Virus record (IMG/VR): IMGVR_UViG_3300013005_000034
Location: 1 to 64,000 of that record
DNA: 64,000 nucleotides
Direction: 5' to 3' (one strand)
Origin: a virus
Position 1 is the stretch's first letter. Each line of letters opens with the position of its first letter. Under the pieces are notes generated by a model. It ran no database searches. It had not been told where the DNA came from and saw only the letters and a program-made list of their open reading frames with translations. Of the stretch, positions 1 to 9,094 are shown in pieces. A program made the translations under genes and the position numbers.

Positions 1-1
1 A

Positions 2-148
2 CAAAAATTAGAAAAATTTATTGTAAAAGGCAATCAAATAGCAGTTGAAGCAATTTTAGAACAAGCCAAAGAAATGGAAAACCAACAATTGAAAGAAAAA
101 TACGATAATGGGTATGCTAATGGGCAAAGAGATTTAATTATAAACTAA
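2..148 (+). CDS. Partial (5' end outside window) small phage protein, KAKEMEKQQ family
   Basis: Open frame QKLEKFIVKGNQIAVEAILEQAKEMENQQ, closely similar to 28040..28297. Confidence 0.7.
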   Translation, partial: QKLEKFIVKGNQIAVEAILEQAKEMENQQLKEKYDNGYANGQRDLIIN

Positions 149-166
149 CAACTAAAAACAAATAAA

Positions 167-433
167 ATGACACATAAAGAAAAAGCAAAACAATTAGTAG
201 ATAAATTTTATCAAACAACTCCAAACGAAGTATGGTATAATCACCCAATAGGATTAAAAGAAGAATATAAAGCGTGGGAACAGTCTAAACAATGTGCTTT
301 AATAGCAGTTGATGAGATATTAAATTCAAGTCCAAGTTTACCAGTATTAGGCGATGGAGGTACTTATGGTGAAGATATAGAGTTATCAACTAAATATTGG
401 CAAGAAGTAAAAATTGAAATAAATAAATTATAA
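167..433 (+). CDS. Hypothetical phage protein
   Basis: 88-aa ORF after an A-rich leader, tightly packed. Confidence 0.7.
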   Translation: MTHKEKAKQLVDKFYQTTPNEVWYNHPIGLKEEYKAWEQSKQCALIAVDEILNSSPSLPVLGDGGTYGEDIELSTKYWQEVKIEINKL

Positions 434-444
434 AAACAAATAAC

Positions 445-666
445 ATGAGAAAAGTAATGTATCAACAATGGTTGCCAGATGCAACACCAACAGGAAGTAG
501 TCAATTAAAATTATCAGAAGAAAGGGTTGGTTTTTTACATCAATGGGGGCTTGAATTAAAAGAAAGTGGAGAAAATATTTGTTCATATTCAGTTGCTATA
601 ATTGAAGATGAAGAAACTAAAGGAGTATTGACTACATATCCGCATCTTGTAACTTTTATAGATTAA
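445..666 (+). CDS. Hypothetical phage protein
   Basis: 73-aa ORF in the + strand run. Confidence 0.65.
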   Translation: MRKVMYQQWLPDATPTGSSQLKLSEERVGFLHQWGLELKESGENICSYSVAIIEDEETKGVLTTYPHLVTFID

Positions 667-694
667 CCAATACAAACAACTAAAAACACAAAAC

Positions 695-901
695 ATGGAA
701 CACAAACCAAAAATTAAGGATAAAATAAGAGTTAAAACCAAACTTGATGGAGAAAAACTTTGTGAAATTGATTGGCTAAATGATAAAACCATACATTTTA
801 AAAATAAAAGCAATTTTGGTATGACTGTAAATTATGATAGAGTTATATATACAAATAACTCTTGGAGAGGTGCTAATTTCACATATACAAGTTTCAACTA
901 A
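695..901 (+). CDS. Hypothetical phage protein
   Basis: 68-aa ORF preceded by the aacaactaaaaac junction motif. Confidence 0.6.
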   Translation: MEHKPKIKDKIRVKTKLDGEKLCEIDWLNDKTIHFKNKSNFGMTVNYDRVIYTNNSWRGANFTYTSFN

Positions 902-912
902 AAACAAATAAA

Positions 913-1101
913 ATGAAAAATAAAATTTTAGCATTATTGATTGCATTTAGTTTTGTAATAGGAGTAATTGGTTTTTTCTTATGTATTATTTCATACACTT
1001 ATAATTTTATAATTGTTTCTTTGGCTATTTGTATATTATATTATTTATATATACTTTATAAAGTTTGGCTTGAAATATTTAATGAAAAAAATAACAACTA
1101 A
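913..1101 (+). CDS. Small two-TM membrane protein
   Basis: Two hydrophobic stretches. Confidence 0.6.
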   Translation: MKNKILALLIAFSFVIGVIGFFLCIISYTYNFIIVSLAICILYYLYILYKVWLEIFNEKNNN

Positions 1102-1111
1102 AAAAAACAAC

Positions 1112-1825
1112 ATGAAACATAAACTAATTAACACAAAAAACTACTTACTTGTTGTAAGTGATGAACAAATAAAAAAAGATGATTGGGTTTATAATGAAAT
1201 CTCAAAAGAAATTTATCAGTTTGTAGAGATTAATGTTTCTTATGAGAAAAAAATCATTGCTCATTTACCACTAAACAACTATCCTATTCTTTTTACCTTT
1301 TACTCTCCAAACGTATGGGTTAGTATAAATCCAGTGATTAGTATTCCATTACTTCCCCCACTTGAACCACTTGAACAAGAATATGATGTTGAGAAGTTGG
1401 CAAAAGAATATTCCTTAAAAACAAATAAGGGACATTTGTATGATTTATATCCAAATTGTGACCAAACTTTATATGAAGTTAGTTTCGATGATTTTAAAGC
1501 AGTTTACAACAAAGCCCGAGAGAATTTCAAATACACAGAAAGACAACTTGATGTTGCTATTGATTGGGCTATAAAAAAAGGTAGAGAAGGCGATGTTACA
1601 ATTACTGATATTGATAATTTTATCCAATCCCTATCACTACCAAAGATGCCTGTTGCTTTTAAGTGTGAGGTTGAATGGATTAACTCTAAAGAAGATGTTG
1701 GAAATAATTTTACCAATGTTGCATTGTTTGAAGAAAGTATAAATCAGTATGATGCAATATTGATGCCTAAAACAACTACCACTCCCGAAGGACAAACTAT
1801 TTGGGTAGGAGAATATATTTATTAA
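1112..1825 (+). CDS. Paralogous phage protein family (IAHLPLNN...PKMPV...VGEYIY), copy 1
   Basis: Start moved to ATG 1112 (MKHKLINT) by alignment with 11503..12081 and 26861..27481. Confidence 0.8.
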   Translation: MKHKLINTKNYLLVVSDEQIKKDDWVYNEISKEIYQFVEINVSYEKKIIAHLPLNNYPILFTFYSPNVWVSINPVISIPLLPPLEPLEQEYDVEKLAKEYSLKTNKGHLYDLYPNCDQTLYEVSFDDFKAVYNKARENFKYTERQLDVAIDWAIKKGREGDVTITDIDNFIQSLSLPKMPVAFKCEVEWINSKEDVGNNFTNVALFEESINQYDAILMPKTTTTPEGQTIWVGEYIY

Positions 1826-1842
1826 AAACTAAAAAAAATAAA

Positions 1843-2064
1843 ATGAAAGGATTTTTAATTTTTTGTGCAGCAACTATTTTGTTGATGGTAGGGCTTCAAT
1901 ACTTTGACAGTAAGCAAGACCCTTACAATGAAGGTACTCATTGGGATTATTCAATAATGTGTGAGGATGGTTTCAAATATAAGGTTTTAAGCAGAAATAG
2001 AGGCACTATACCTTGCAAAAATAGTGATGGAACTCTTTTAAAATGCAACCAAAAAAGATATTAA
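1843..2064 (+). CDS. Small protein with N-terminal TM/signal and Cys-rich C-terminus
   Basis: MKGFLIFCAATILLMVGL; start moved to ATG 1843. Confidence 0.6.
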   Translation: MKGFLIFCAATILLMVGLQYFDSKQDPYNEGTHWDYSIMCEDGFKYKVLSRNRGTIPCKNSDGTLLKCNQKRY

Positions 2065-2586
2065 ATGAAAAAATATAAAATTGAATTATCAGAACAGCAA
2101 ATGATGTTAATTGCTAATTGTCTTGAAGATTTGTCAAGGTTTGCATCAGGTCAATCTGAAATGAGATATACAGTTGAAGAAATGTTGCGTGGCTTATCGT
2201 TTGATGAACAAATGAAAAAACGTGATGAGGTTGAAGAATTATTAAAGAAAGCTAAAAGAGTATTATTGCCTAATTTTCCTGATAATGCAAGTAAAGGTTA
2301 TAATGGTAGTGAGTTTATTGGAAATACTTATCAGATTTACAGAAGTATATTATACCAATTAGCCAAAGATAATAACTGGAATAATGTTTATTCTTCACCT
2401 GCTTTGCCAAGTGGTAATTTAGGGACAATTAAAATTGAATTGGTTGATGTAAAACAAAATACAGCCTTGCAATTGCAACAAGCTGGTGTTATAAAATCGG
2501 TTTGCGAACATAAGCATATTTCGGGTGGATATTTTGGAGGTGATAAGTATATTGTAAAATGTAAAGATTGCGATGAAATAACTTAG
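2065..2586 (+). CDS. Hypothetical protein; C-terminal Cys/His segment lies inside cassette 1
   Basis: ORF reads through the GTT at 2488 (AG-V-IKS). Confidence 0.7.
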   Translation: MKKYKIELSEQQMMLIANCLEDLSRFASGQSEMRYTVEEMLRGLSFDEQMKKRDEVEELLKKAKRVLLPNFPDNASKGYNGSEFIGNTYQIYRSILYQLAKDNNWNNVYSSPALPSGNLGTIKIELVDVKQNTALQLQQAGVIKSVCEHKHISGGYFGGDKYIVKCKDCDEIT

Positions 2587-2599
2587 CAAACTGACTTAT

Positions 2600-2664
2600 A
2601 ACGTTTTGCAGCTAATGGCTGTGAGCTTCTGAAAGTGGGCTGAAAATAGCCATTAGGTGCTGTT
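2600..2664. repeat. attC-like hairpin linker 1
   Basis: aac gtttt gcagctaatggct...agccattaggtgc t gtt. Confidence 0.8.
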
Positions 2665-2710
2665 ATGTTTTAGTTTTATTTTATTAATTTTTAAAAAAAG
2701 CGAAGGAATT

Positions 2711-3085
2711 ATGAAACAATTATTTGAAGAAAAAGAACTTATTGGAAAAACAATAGCTCAGGTTTTAATGCCAAAAGAAAGCTATCAAGATATGTGGATA
2801 AAATTTACCGACAATTCTTTTGCTGTATTTGATACGGAGGATAGGACGGAAGGGTTTGGACAAGAAAGGCGTATTCTTGTTATTTCTGATTGGGAAAAAG
2901 ACAATACAAATGAAGAATTAGTTGAGTTAGGACTAATAACAAAAGCTGAACACAAATACGCATTGGAGGAGGAAGAAAAAAGATACAAAAAAGAAAGAGC
3001 TGAACGAGACGCTGTTGAGCAAAAAAGAATTGAAGATTACGAGAAGGAACAACTTGCCAAACTTAAAACGAAATACGATGCGTAG
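2711..3085 (+). CDS. Cassette 2 cargo, hypothetical protein
   Basis: ATG 2711 just inside the left arm; stop just before the right arm. Confidence 0.75.
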   Translation: MKQLFEEKELIGKTIAQVLMPKESYQDMWIKFTDNSFAVFDTEDRTEGFGQERRILVISDWEKDNTNEELVELGLITKAEHKYALEEEEKRYKKERAERDAVEQKRIEDYEKEQLAKLKTKYDA

Positions 3086-3118
3086 GCTTTTAAAAATTAA
3101 TAAAATAAAATTGAACAC

Positions 3119-3245
3119 AACGGCACTCGGCTAAACTCTCGTTGCCGACTTAAATATGAGAGATAAACTTAATTAAAAGCACAAAATTATGAGTACAAAA
3201 AATATTTCAAACGAAGAAAAAGACAATGGAGTTTTAGCCGATGTT
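3119..3245. repeat. attC-like linker 2, contains the start of the next ORF
   Basis: tcggctaaactc...gagttttagccga t gtt; ATG at 3189 in the loop. Confidence 0.8.
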
Positions 3246-3419
3246 ATGCAACGTGATTTATATGCAGAATTACGTTCATCAGGTAGTATGACTTCTGACC
3301 AATGCTGTGAAGTTTTAGATTGGACAGAAAAATTACCAATACAAATTATAGGGTTAAATAATGTTAAGGTTTCAATAGTGCAAGGTGTTATTAGGGTAGA
3401 ACCTAATCATGTTGCATAA
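3189..3419 (+). CDS. Cassette 3 cargo, hypothetical protein
   Basis: Starts in the linker; stop TAA overlaps the terminal AAC. Confidence 0.7.
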   Translation: MSTKNISNEEKDNGVLADVMQRDLYAELRSSGSMTSDQCCEVLDWTEKLPIQIIGLNNVKVSIVQGVIRVEPNHVA

Positions 3420-3464
3420 CGTTTTGCGTATAAAAAATCGTTTTAATGTTTTTTATACGCTGTT
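3418..3464. repeat. Short attC-like linker, near-identical to 17502-17548 and 23985-24031
   Basis: gcgtataaaaaa tcgttttaatg ttttttatacgc. Confidence 0.9.
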
Positions 3465-3570
3465 ATAACCAGTAGGGATTATTTAGTAGTAACTTTAATC
3501 GGAGAACTGAACAAAAAATTAAAACAAAAAAAAGCGAATAATTTTTTAATAACTAATAAATAAAAACAAA

Positions 3571-4026
3571 ATGATGACAATTTCTAAATTAGCTTCTGAA
3601 ATCAGGGGCGAAAACAACAAAAAAGAATCTGAAAATGATTACAAAAGATTAACTGATACTTTGAAGCAATTCAATGAAGATTTCAAAGAGGTTGTTTGTG
3701 ATTTAATTAAATGTGAGGTTAAATACGAACCTTGTTTTTGGTATAAAAGTGATAACGATGGGCAATATCATATTTTCCCACACGAAACCAAATTAGATTT
3801 AAAAATGAATGGTGGAAGTGGTGGAACTTGTATTGCTAATTCTATTCTTTTCACATTTAATCACAATGGAGAAACAAGAAAGAAAAGATTATTTTATACG
3901 GAAAATAAAGGTTGGTATTATATTGCTCGTAGAGGAAATCACATGAATGATGATTATTTAATAAAAGATTACAGAAAAGACTTCATATTATACCTTGATA
4001 GTTATTTTGAAGGTGAATATAAATAA
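3571..4026 (+). CDS. Cassette 4 cargo, hypothetical protein
   Basis: 151-aa ORF filling the cassette. Confidence 0.75.
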   Translation: MMTISKLASEIRGENNKKESENDYKRLTDTLKQFNEDFKEVVCDLIKCEVKYEPCFWYKSDNDGQYHIFPHETKLDLKMNGGSGGTCIANSILFTFNHNGETRKKRLFYTENKGWYYIARRGNHMNDDYLIKDYRKDFILYLDSYFEGEYK

Positions 4027-4105
4027 ATCATTTGTGGGTGGGCTTTTTTGTTTTAATTTTTTGAACAATAAAGTTAATTCGGAGCAGTCCACCCCTATTG
4101 GTTAT

Positions 4106-4195
4106 AACGTTTTGCAGCTAACAGAAGTGGCTGCTTGTAAGAACTTCTGAATTAAAAACAAATGCTTGTAGCAGCCATTTTTGTTAGGTGCTGTT
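4106..4195. repeat. attC-like linker 4
   Basis: gcagctaacagaagtggctgct...agcagccatttttgttaggtgc. Confidence 0.8.
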
Positions 4196-4220
4196 ATAGG
4201 CTGTAAAAAATTAAAAAGCG

Positions 4221-4421
4221 ATGGAATTACAACTGATTAACTTAGGTAGAAACAACATTAACAAAACTATTGTTGTGAAAAACGAAAAAGCAATGTGGCG
4301 TGAACTTTCTAAACATTTAATGAGCAAAGGAATTGAACTTTCACCAACTGACGAACCGAATAAATACGATGTGTATGTAGGAATGTTTAGAAATGTTGGA
4401 CAGGTGATTATTAAAGAGTAA
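4221..4421 (+). CDS. Cassette 5 cargo, hypothetical protein
   Basis: 66-aa ORF between the arms. Confidence 0.7.
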   Translation: MELQLINLGRNNINKTIVVKNEKAMWRELSKHLMSKGIELSPTDEPNKYDVYVGMFRNVGQVIIKE

Positions 4422-4453
4422 CTGTGCGTAGGCTTTAATTTTTTATTGCCTAT

Positions 4454-4534
4454 AACGGTAGGAATTTGCGTCTGTTGATTTTTTACCAACAAGACAATAG
4501 ACGCTTAAAAAATCAATAGCGCAAATTTATTGTT
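4454..4534. repeat. attC-like linker 5
   Basis: aatttgcg(t)ctgttgatttt...aaaatcaatagcgcaaatt with one bulged T. Confidence 0.8.
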
Positions 4535-4557
4535 GGGCGCAGTTAAATTAAATCGGA

Positions 4558-4740
4558 ATGAGCAAACAAACAACTTGGAGCGAAAGAGCAAAATGCTATG
4601 ACGCAAAACACACAGAAAATGGAACAATATTATATTATGTGTGCCTTATTACAGGGAAGAAAACAGAATTGAAACACCCTGATAAACTTGCTTTATCGGC
4701 ATATATTGGGCATATAGGGGCTTTAGTGCAGTCCTATTAA
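4558..4740 (+). CDS. Cassette 6 cargo, hypothetical protein
   Basis: 60-aa ORF between the arms. Confidence 0.65.
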   Translation: MSKQTTWSERAKCYDAKHTENGTILYYVCLITGKKTELKHPDKLALSAYIGHIGALVQSY

Positions 4741-4748
4741 TTGCGCCC

Positions 4749-4871
4749 AACGGCTACGGCTATACGCAGTTGCGAACTTAAAAATTAAACAAAATGATAA
4801 AAAAAGAAGATTACTTAAAAGCAAAAGAAACCGTTGAAAAATACGAAGAGCAATTGCGTATAGCCGATGTT
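4749..4871. repeat. attC-like linker 6, contains the start of the next ORF
   Basis: cggctatacgcagttgc...gcaattgcgtatagccg; ATG 4794 in the loop. Confidence 0.8.
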
Positions 4872-5024
4872 ATGCGTAGTGCTAATTGCTACAATGAACT
4901 GAAAGCATTTTTGCAAGAGAAAAAGAAAAGTCCAAGATTATGCGCTTGGGATAGTGTTCACCATCAAGAGATATGGGATAAAATGCTTGAACTCGAACAG
5001 AAGTATTCAGAGCATTACGCATAA
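4794..5024 (+). CDS. Cassette 7 cargo, hypothetical protein
   Basis: Starts in the linker, ends at TAA(C). Confidence 0.7.
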   Translation: MIKKEDYLKAKETVEKYEEQLRIADVMRSANCYNELKAFLQEKKKSPRLCAWDSVHHQEIWDKMLELEQKYSEHYA

Positions 5025-5107
5025 CGGTTGAGGCTATGAGCAGTTGCCTTATAAATACTGCTCAATTAACCACAAATGTTGATAGGCAATTGCTTATAGC
5101 CTTTGTT
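5023..5107. repeat. attC-like linker 7
   Basis: aggctatgagcagttgcct...aggcaattgcttatagcct. Confidence 0.8.
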
Positions 5108-5124
5108 AGCACCAGTTTTTTATT

Positions 5125-5379
5125 ATGAATTACGAAGAAATAAAACAAAAAGTAACGGACAGAGAAATCAACTGTGAACAAGCATTTGAAAGCCTTGCAG
5201 AAATCGGTTATTGTCCAAATTTATTAAACGATGATAACGGTCATTGGGCTGTTAAATTTGATGGCTTTCAAAATGTGCCAATGGGTGATGAACCTGATGA
5301 TATTTCAACTACTTGTTTTATTGAAGCAAAGGATTGGAAAGATAGTATTTACGAAGCACTTGTTTGGGCGTTGTCCTAA
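5125..5379 (+). CDS. Cassette 8 cargo, hypothetical protein
   Basis: 84-aa ORF between the arms. Confidence 0.7.
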   Translation: MNYEEIKQKVTDREINCEQAFESLAEIGYCPNLLNDDNGHWAVKFDGFQNVPMGDEPDDISTTCFIEAKDWKDSIYEALVWALS

Positions 5380-5389
5380 AATTGGTGCT

Positions 5390-5484
5390 AACGTTTTGTG
5401 GCTTTGTGTCTGTTATTTTGGCTTGCAGACACTCGCCTTTAAAGATAAATTTTATAGCCAAAATAATAGCACAAAACCACTGTT
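5390..5484. repeat. attC-like linker 8
   Basis: gtggctttgtg(t)ctgttattttggct...agccaaaataatagcacaaaaccac. Confidence 0.8.
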
Positions 5485-5512
5485 AGTGGCTGGTGCGGTA
5501 AATTAAGAACAA

Positions 5513-5725
5513 ATGTTTAATAACAATCAAATTCAAAAAGTAGAAATAGACCAAGAAAAGAAAAAACTTTATGTCTATTATGTTCAGGACAACTCACATT
5601 TAATGAGTAACCCACCTCCGCCACCAAGTTATTATAGAGAAGTTTTTTCTTTTGATAATTTGGAATTTATTGAAAAGGAATATGCAAAAGTAGAACGAGG
5701 ATTTGAAAAGGTAACGTGGTCGTAG
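5513..5725 (+). CDS. Cassette 9 cargo, hypothetical protein
   Basis: 70-aa ORF between the arms. Confidence 0.7.
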   Translation: MFNNNQIQKVEIDQEKKKLYVYYVQDNSHLMSNPPPPPSYYREVFSFDNLEFIEKEYAKVERGFEKVTWS

Positions 5726-5736
5726 CACTTGCCACT

Positions 5737-5853
5737 AACGGTTCTCGGCTTGGCGAAGTTGCCGAACACAAAACTTCATTAGAATTACAAATTTTTAAAT
5801 TTAGATAAAATGTCAAACGAAGAACTAAACGGCAATTTTGCCAAACCGATGTT
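5737..5853. repeat. attC-like linker 9, contains the start of the methyltransferase
   Basis: tcggcttggcgaagttgccg...cggcaattttgccaaaccga; ATG 5810. Confidence 0.8.
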
Positions 5854-6466
5854 ACCTGCCGTTGTGGGTTCTCAAAGGAAATACCAAATTATTTACGCTG
5901 ACCCTGCTTGGTCACACTATAACGATATGACCGTTACTGTGCAACAGAATAAAGCAAAGGATTTTATTAGTAGAAACCCATATCCAGTAATGTCAAGTTC
6001 AGATATAAAAGCGTTGCCAATAAAAGATATAGCCGATGAAAATTGCATTTTGTTTATATGGACTACGGACTATCATTTATCAAGATGCTGTGAAGTGATA
6101 AAGGCTTGGGGATTTGAATATAAAACAGTTGGTTTTGTGTGGCAAAAGTTGAATAAACAAAATAAGCCTGTATGCTTTATGGGAAACTACACTTTGAAAA
6201 GTGGCGTAGAAATATGTTTATTAGCCACAAAGGGTAAGGGGGCTGCCAAATTAGTTAAGAAACGAAATGTAAGGTCGTTAGTTCAAAGCCAACGTGAAGA
6301 ACATAGTAAGAAACCCGATGAAGTAAGAAATAGAATAGTAGAACTTTGTGGCGATATACCAAGAGTAGAATTATTTGCAAGGGAAAATCACGATGGGTGG
6401 GATGCTTGGGGTAATGAAGTGGAAGAAAGTATCAACTTGGAAACGTCTGCTAACAATGGCAGGTAA
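5810..6466 (+). CDS. MT-A70 family adenine methyltransferase (cassette 10 cargo)
   Basis: IIYADPAW, LFIWT, AWGFEYKT, HSKKP, ELFAR, GWDAWGNE motifs. Confidence 0.9.
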   Translation: MSNEELNGNFAKPMLPAVVGSQRKYQIIYADPAWSHYNDMTVTVQQNKAKDFISRNPYPVMSSSDIKALPIKDIADENCILFIWTTDYHLSRCCEVIKAWGFEYKTVGFVWQKLNKQNKPVCFMGNYTLKSGVEICLLATKGKGAAKLVKKRNVRSLVQSQREEHSKKPDEVRNRIVELCGDIPRVELFARENHDGWDAWGNEVEESINLETSANNGR

Positions 6467-6514
6467 CGGTTTGCGTATAAGAGCCGTTTTTTCAATGGCT
6501 TCTTATACGCTGTT
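6465..6514. repeat. attC-like linker 10
   Basis: gcgtataagagcc...ggcttcttatacgc. Confidence 0.8.
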
Positions 6515-6570
6515 ATGCTCTCGTTTTGCGTGGGTGGGCTTGATAAAATATTAACTTAAAAAATATACAA

Positions 6571-6807
6571 ATGGAAATTGAAACAGTATCAGATTTAGCA
6601 AATGTAATAGCCGATTGGATTGGTGTTTATGGAGCTTGTAAAGACGAAGGTAAAAGTGATGGGTGCGAATTTTCTGAAAAGAAAGTTGCTTGTTGCAGAG
6701 TAGGATTTACAATGCACTTAGAGGAACGAATTAGAGAGGCTGTTGAAAATGATAAGAAAATTGAGGAAATGAATTTGCGTGAGCTGGCAAAGCAAAATGG
6801 AGCATAA
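6571..6807 (+). CDS. Cassette 11 cargo, hypothetical protein
   Basis: Ends at TAA(C) of the right arm. Confidence 0.7.
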   Translation: MEIETVSDLANVIADWIGVYGACKDEGKSDGCEFSEKKVACCRVGFTMHLEERIREAVENDKKIEEMNLRELAKQNGA

Positions 6808-6808
6808 C

Positions 6809-6894
6809 TCCAATCTTTGCGCTATATTAATGGAAATAAAAAGTTATTAACAATAGTATAATTAGATTATTTTATTACCTATATTTACCACAAT
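6809..6894 (+). promoter_or_regulatory. Conserved array-terminal element, copy 1 (attI-like site plus probable promoter)
   Basis: tttgcgctatattaatggaaataaaaagttattaacaatagtataatt shared with 18412-18496 and 25098-25183. Confidence 0.7.
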
Positions 6895-6909
6895 TAAAAA
6901 CCGAACAAA

Positions 6910-7344
6910 ATGCAAAATAACAAAACAGAATTTAAGATTAGGAATTTTTTTATAGATGAAAAAAATTATCTTCAAATTAAGAGTAATGATAAATTAATAT
7001 TCTTAACTCTATACTTAAATGGAGAAAAAAGAGGTAGGAATATAGGAACTGTTACTAAATCTACCCGAACAATATTTATGAAACGCAAAGTAGATAAACA
7101 TTTATTTAGGAAATTGAACGCTTGGGGGTTCAACGATTATGTTTTAAGAAATCAAAGTACATTCGATTTTGTGAGTTTAAGCGATGATAAAGGAAACCAT
7201 TGGAGTAAGATACCTGTAAGTATGATTTTAGAGGGAGCTACATACTTAAATTTTAAAAGTCAGGGATTTGAATTACAAAGATTTGTTTCTTTGGAAGATT
7301 TAGAGAAATATAAAGTAAAAAAAGAAGATAATACGAGATTTTAA
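6910..7344 (+). CDS. Hypothetical phage protein
   Basis: 144-aa ORF downstream of the terminal element. Confidence 0.75.
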   Translation: MQNNKTEFKIRNFFIDEKNYLQIKSNDKLIFLTLYLNGEKRGRNIGTVTKSTRTIFMKRKVDKHLFRKLNAWGFNDYVLRNQSTFDFVSLSDDKGNHWSKIPVSMILEGATYLNFKSQGFELQRFVSLEDLEKYKVKKEDNTRF

Positions 7345-7345
7345 G

Positions 7346-7837
7346 ATGAATACTGGAAACTATATGATAGATGGGGATGATGGTAGCCATTGCTTTTCTC
7401 CCTATCACAATTCAAGTAAATGTGAACTTTGCAAAGAACTTGAAGAAGAATTGGAAAAAGAACAAGAATTAGACGAAGATTTGGAAAATGATAATAACGA
7501 TGTTTTTGAATCTGAACACAAATTGCCTTTTTTAGTTGCTGAATATCCATTGAATTTAGATACTAAACACAAATGGATATGCTTTAAAGTTGGAACTTGC
7601 GAAGGACTTTGGAGATGCACCTATACGAGTTATGAGATTTTAGCACTTAAAAACAAAGAAAAAGGTAACGGACACCTCAACGATGTTTTTCAATGGTTTG
7701 AAATGAGTAGCAAAAGAGATAATAAAACTCTAAAGGTAAAAGAAGTTTGGAACGAGCGATTTCAAAACCACTTGCAAAAAAGAGGATTTAAAAGATGTTC
7801 GGCTTTTGATTTTGAAAAAACTTTTAAAAATAATTAA
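7346..7837 (+). CDS. Hypothetical protein, possible GNAT-like C-terminal domain
   Basis: KEKGNGHL...NERFQNHLQKRGF resembles GNAT motifs A/B; weak. Confidence 0.45.
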   Translation: MNTGNYMIDGDDGSHCFSPYHNSSKCELCKELEEELEKEQELDEDLENDNNDVFESEHKLPFLVAEYPLNLDTKHKWICFKVGTCEGLWRCTYTSYEILALKNKEKGNGHLNDVFQWFEMSSKRDNKTLKVKEVWNERFQNHLQKRGFKRCSAFDFEKTFKNN

Positions 7838-8140
7838 ATGGGAATGTTTGATGATTTGGTAATTGACAAAGTTCACTTACCTGACGAGTTGAAAAATTAT
7901 GAAAATGGTTGGCAGACAAAATCGCTTGATTGCTATATGAATTTTATTAAAATTGATGAAAATGGTAGTTTGTTTGAAACTATATGTCATTATCACAATG
8001 AAAAAGAAAGTCCAAGAAGAAAATATCATATCGGAGAAGTAAGATTTTACCAAAATATAAATGATGTTTGGTATGTCTTTGTCGCCTTTTTTGATGATGG
8101 AAAGATGTTTAGATTAATACAAGTAGAGCCAAAAAAATAA
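7838..8140 (+). CDS. Hypothetical phage protein (MGMFD...QTKSLD type)
   Basis: N-terminal motif familiar from small phage proteins. Confidence 0.7.
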   Translation: MGMFDDLVIDKVHLPDELKNYENGWQTKSLDCYMNFIKIDENGSLFETICHYHNEKESPRRKYHIGEVRFYQNINDVWYVFVAFFDDGKMFRLIQVEPKK

Positions 8141-8144
8141 TTTT

Positions 8145-8966
8145 ATGGAAAAAATATTTAAAATTCAACATATAAACGATTTACTTATCGTTGAATTTAG
8201 AAAATTAGTAGCCGAAGATTGCGAATTAGTATCTGATTCGGGATGTTTAATATCTATGCAAGAAAAATACATTAGCAGGAAAATAGTTTATTCGGTTAAA
8301 AAAGAATTAATCCAAGAAATAAAAGATTTTATCTCTTTAATTAAAGAAAAGAAAAATCATTATTTAGAATTTATGGCATTTGATGGTAAATTATTTATAA
8401 AAATAGAGGACAAATACCTTCGTGATGATTTTATCAAATACATAGATTTAATTGCTAATGAAATAGTATTGGATAAATCTAAATATTTAGATTTTAGAGG
8501 ATGTAAAACTGAACAAGATAAAGATAAGAAAATAGAAAAATTAAAAAAACAGGTTGATTTCTATGAATCTGAAAAATTGAGTTTTCTTGATGCTCATTTG
8601 GATTATCTAAATATGGAAATTGAAAAGTTAATTAAATATATCAATAAAGAAACTGAAAATGAACTTGTCATTTATATTACGAGTGGAGAATGTATAGAAA
8701 ACATAAGCGATGAAAAACTACTGGATTTATCAAGAGAATCAAAAAAACTATCTATTGAACTTGCAGTATTATCTGAACGAAGAAATGTAATAAATGAGGA
8801 ACTATCTAAGTTAAAAAGGCAAATTGTTATGGATAGGCTAATTTCAAATGATTTTACCATAACTGATGAATACGGAAATAAATATACTTTGCCTGAATCA
8901 ACAACTGAAAGAGTAAAAGAAAAATTGAACACGAGCTTTATTCCTAAAAAACATATTAAGATATAA
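8145..8966 (+). CDS. Hypothetical coiled-coil protein
   Basis: 273-aa charged ORF. Confidence 0.7.
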   Translation: MEKIFKIQHINDLLIVEFRKLVAEDCELVSDSGCLISMQEKYISRKIVYSVKKELIQEIKDFISLIKEKKNHYLEFMAFDGKLFIKIEDKYLRDDFIKYIDLIANEIVLDKSKYLDFRGCKTEQDKDKKIEKLKKQVDFYESEKLSFLDAHLDYLNMEIEKLIKYINKETENELVIYITSGECIENISDEKLLDLSRESKKLSIELAVLSERRNVINEELSKLKRQIVMDRLISNDFTITDEYGNKYTLPESTTERVKEKLNTSFIPKKHIKI

Positions 8967-9046
8967 TTTTAAAACTGATTATCAATACTATATAATAAAA
9001 AATTAAAATTTAACATTTACAATATTGACAATTAAAGTAAATTGAC

Positions 9047-9054
9047 TATATTTG
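9047..9054 (+). promoter_or_regulatory. Bacteroidota sigma-70 -7 element
   Basis: TATATTTG (TAnnTTTG) in an intergenic gap upstream of 9095. Confidence 0.55.
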
Positions 9055-9094
9055 TAAAAGTTTTAAATACCATTAAAAAATTCTACGGTCAAAA

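Larger units (their letters stand above)
2488..6808 (+). mobile_element. Integron-like cassette array 1 (11 cassettes: 2488-2602, 2662-3121, 3243-3420, 3462-4108, 4193-4456, 4532-4751, 4869-5025, 5105-5392, 5482-5739, 5851-6467, 6512-6808)
   Basis: Each unit starts GTT and ends AAC with self-complementary arms (e.g. gttatgcgtagtgct/agcattacgcataac); units are separated by AAC-N5-hairpin-GTT linkers. Confidence 0.85.

Noticed and set aside
3418-3464. Linkers as simple rho-independent terminators
   Set aside because: No U-tract after the stem, fixed AAC/GTT geometry, several contain translated ORF starts, and this would not explain the cassette-specific arms
3462-4108. Cassettes as MITEs/IS elements with terminal inverted repeats
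   Set aside because: No target-site duplications, arms differ between most units, and they occur only in linker-joined arrays
5231-5506. 91-aa ORF overlapping cassette 8 and linker 8
   Set aside because: Out-of-frame overlap with the better-placed 5125..5379; runs through a hairpin
2488-6808. CRISPR array interpretation of the recurring hairpins
   Set aside because: Repeats vary in sequence and length, the intervening units are whole genes of 100-650 bp, and no cas operon is present
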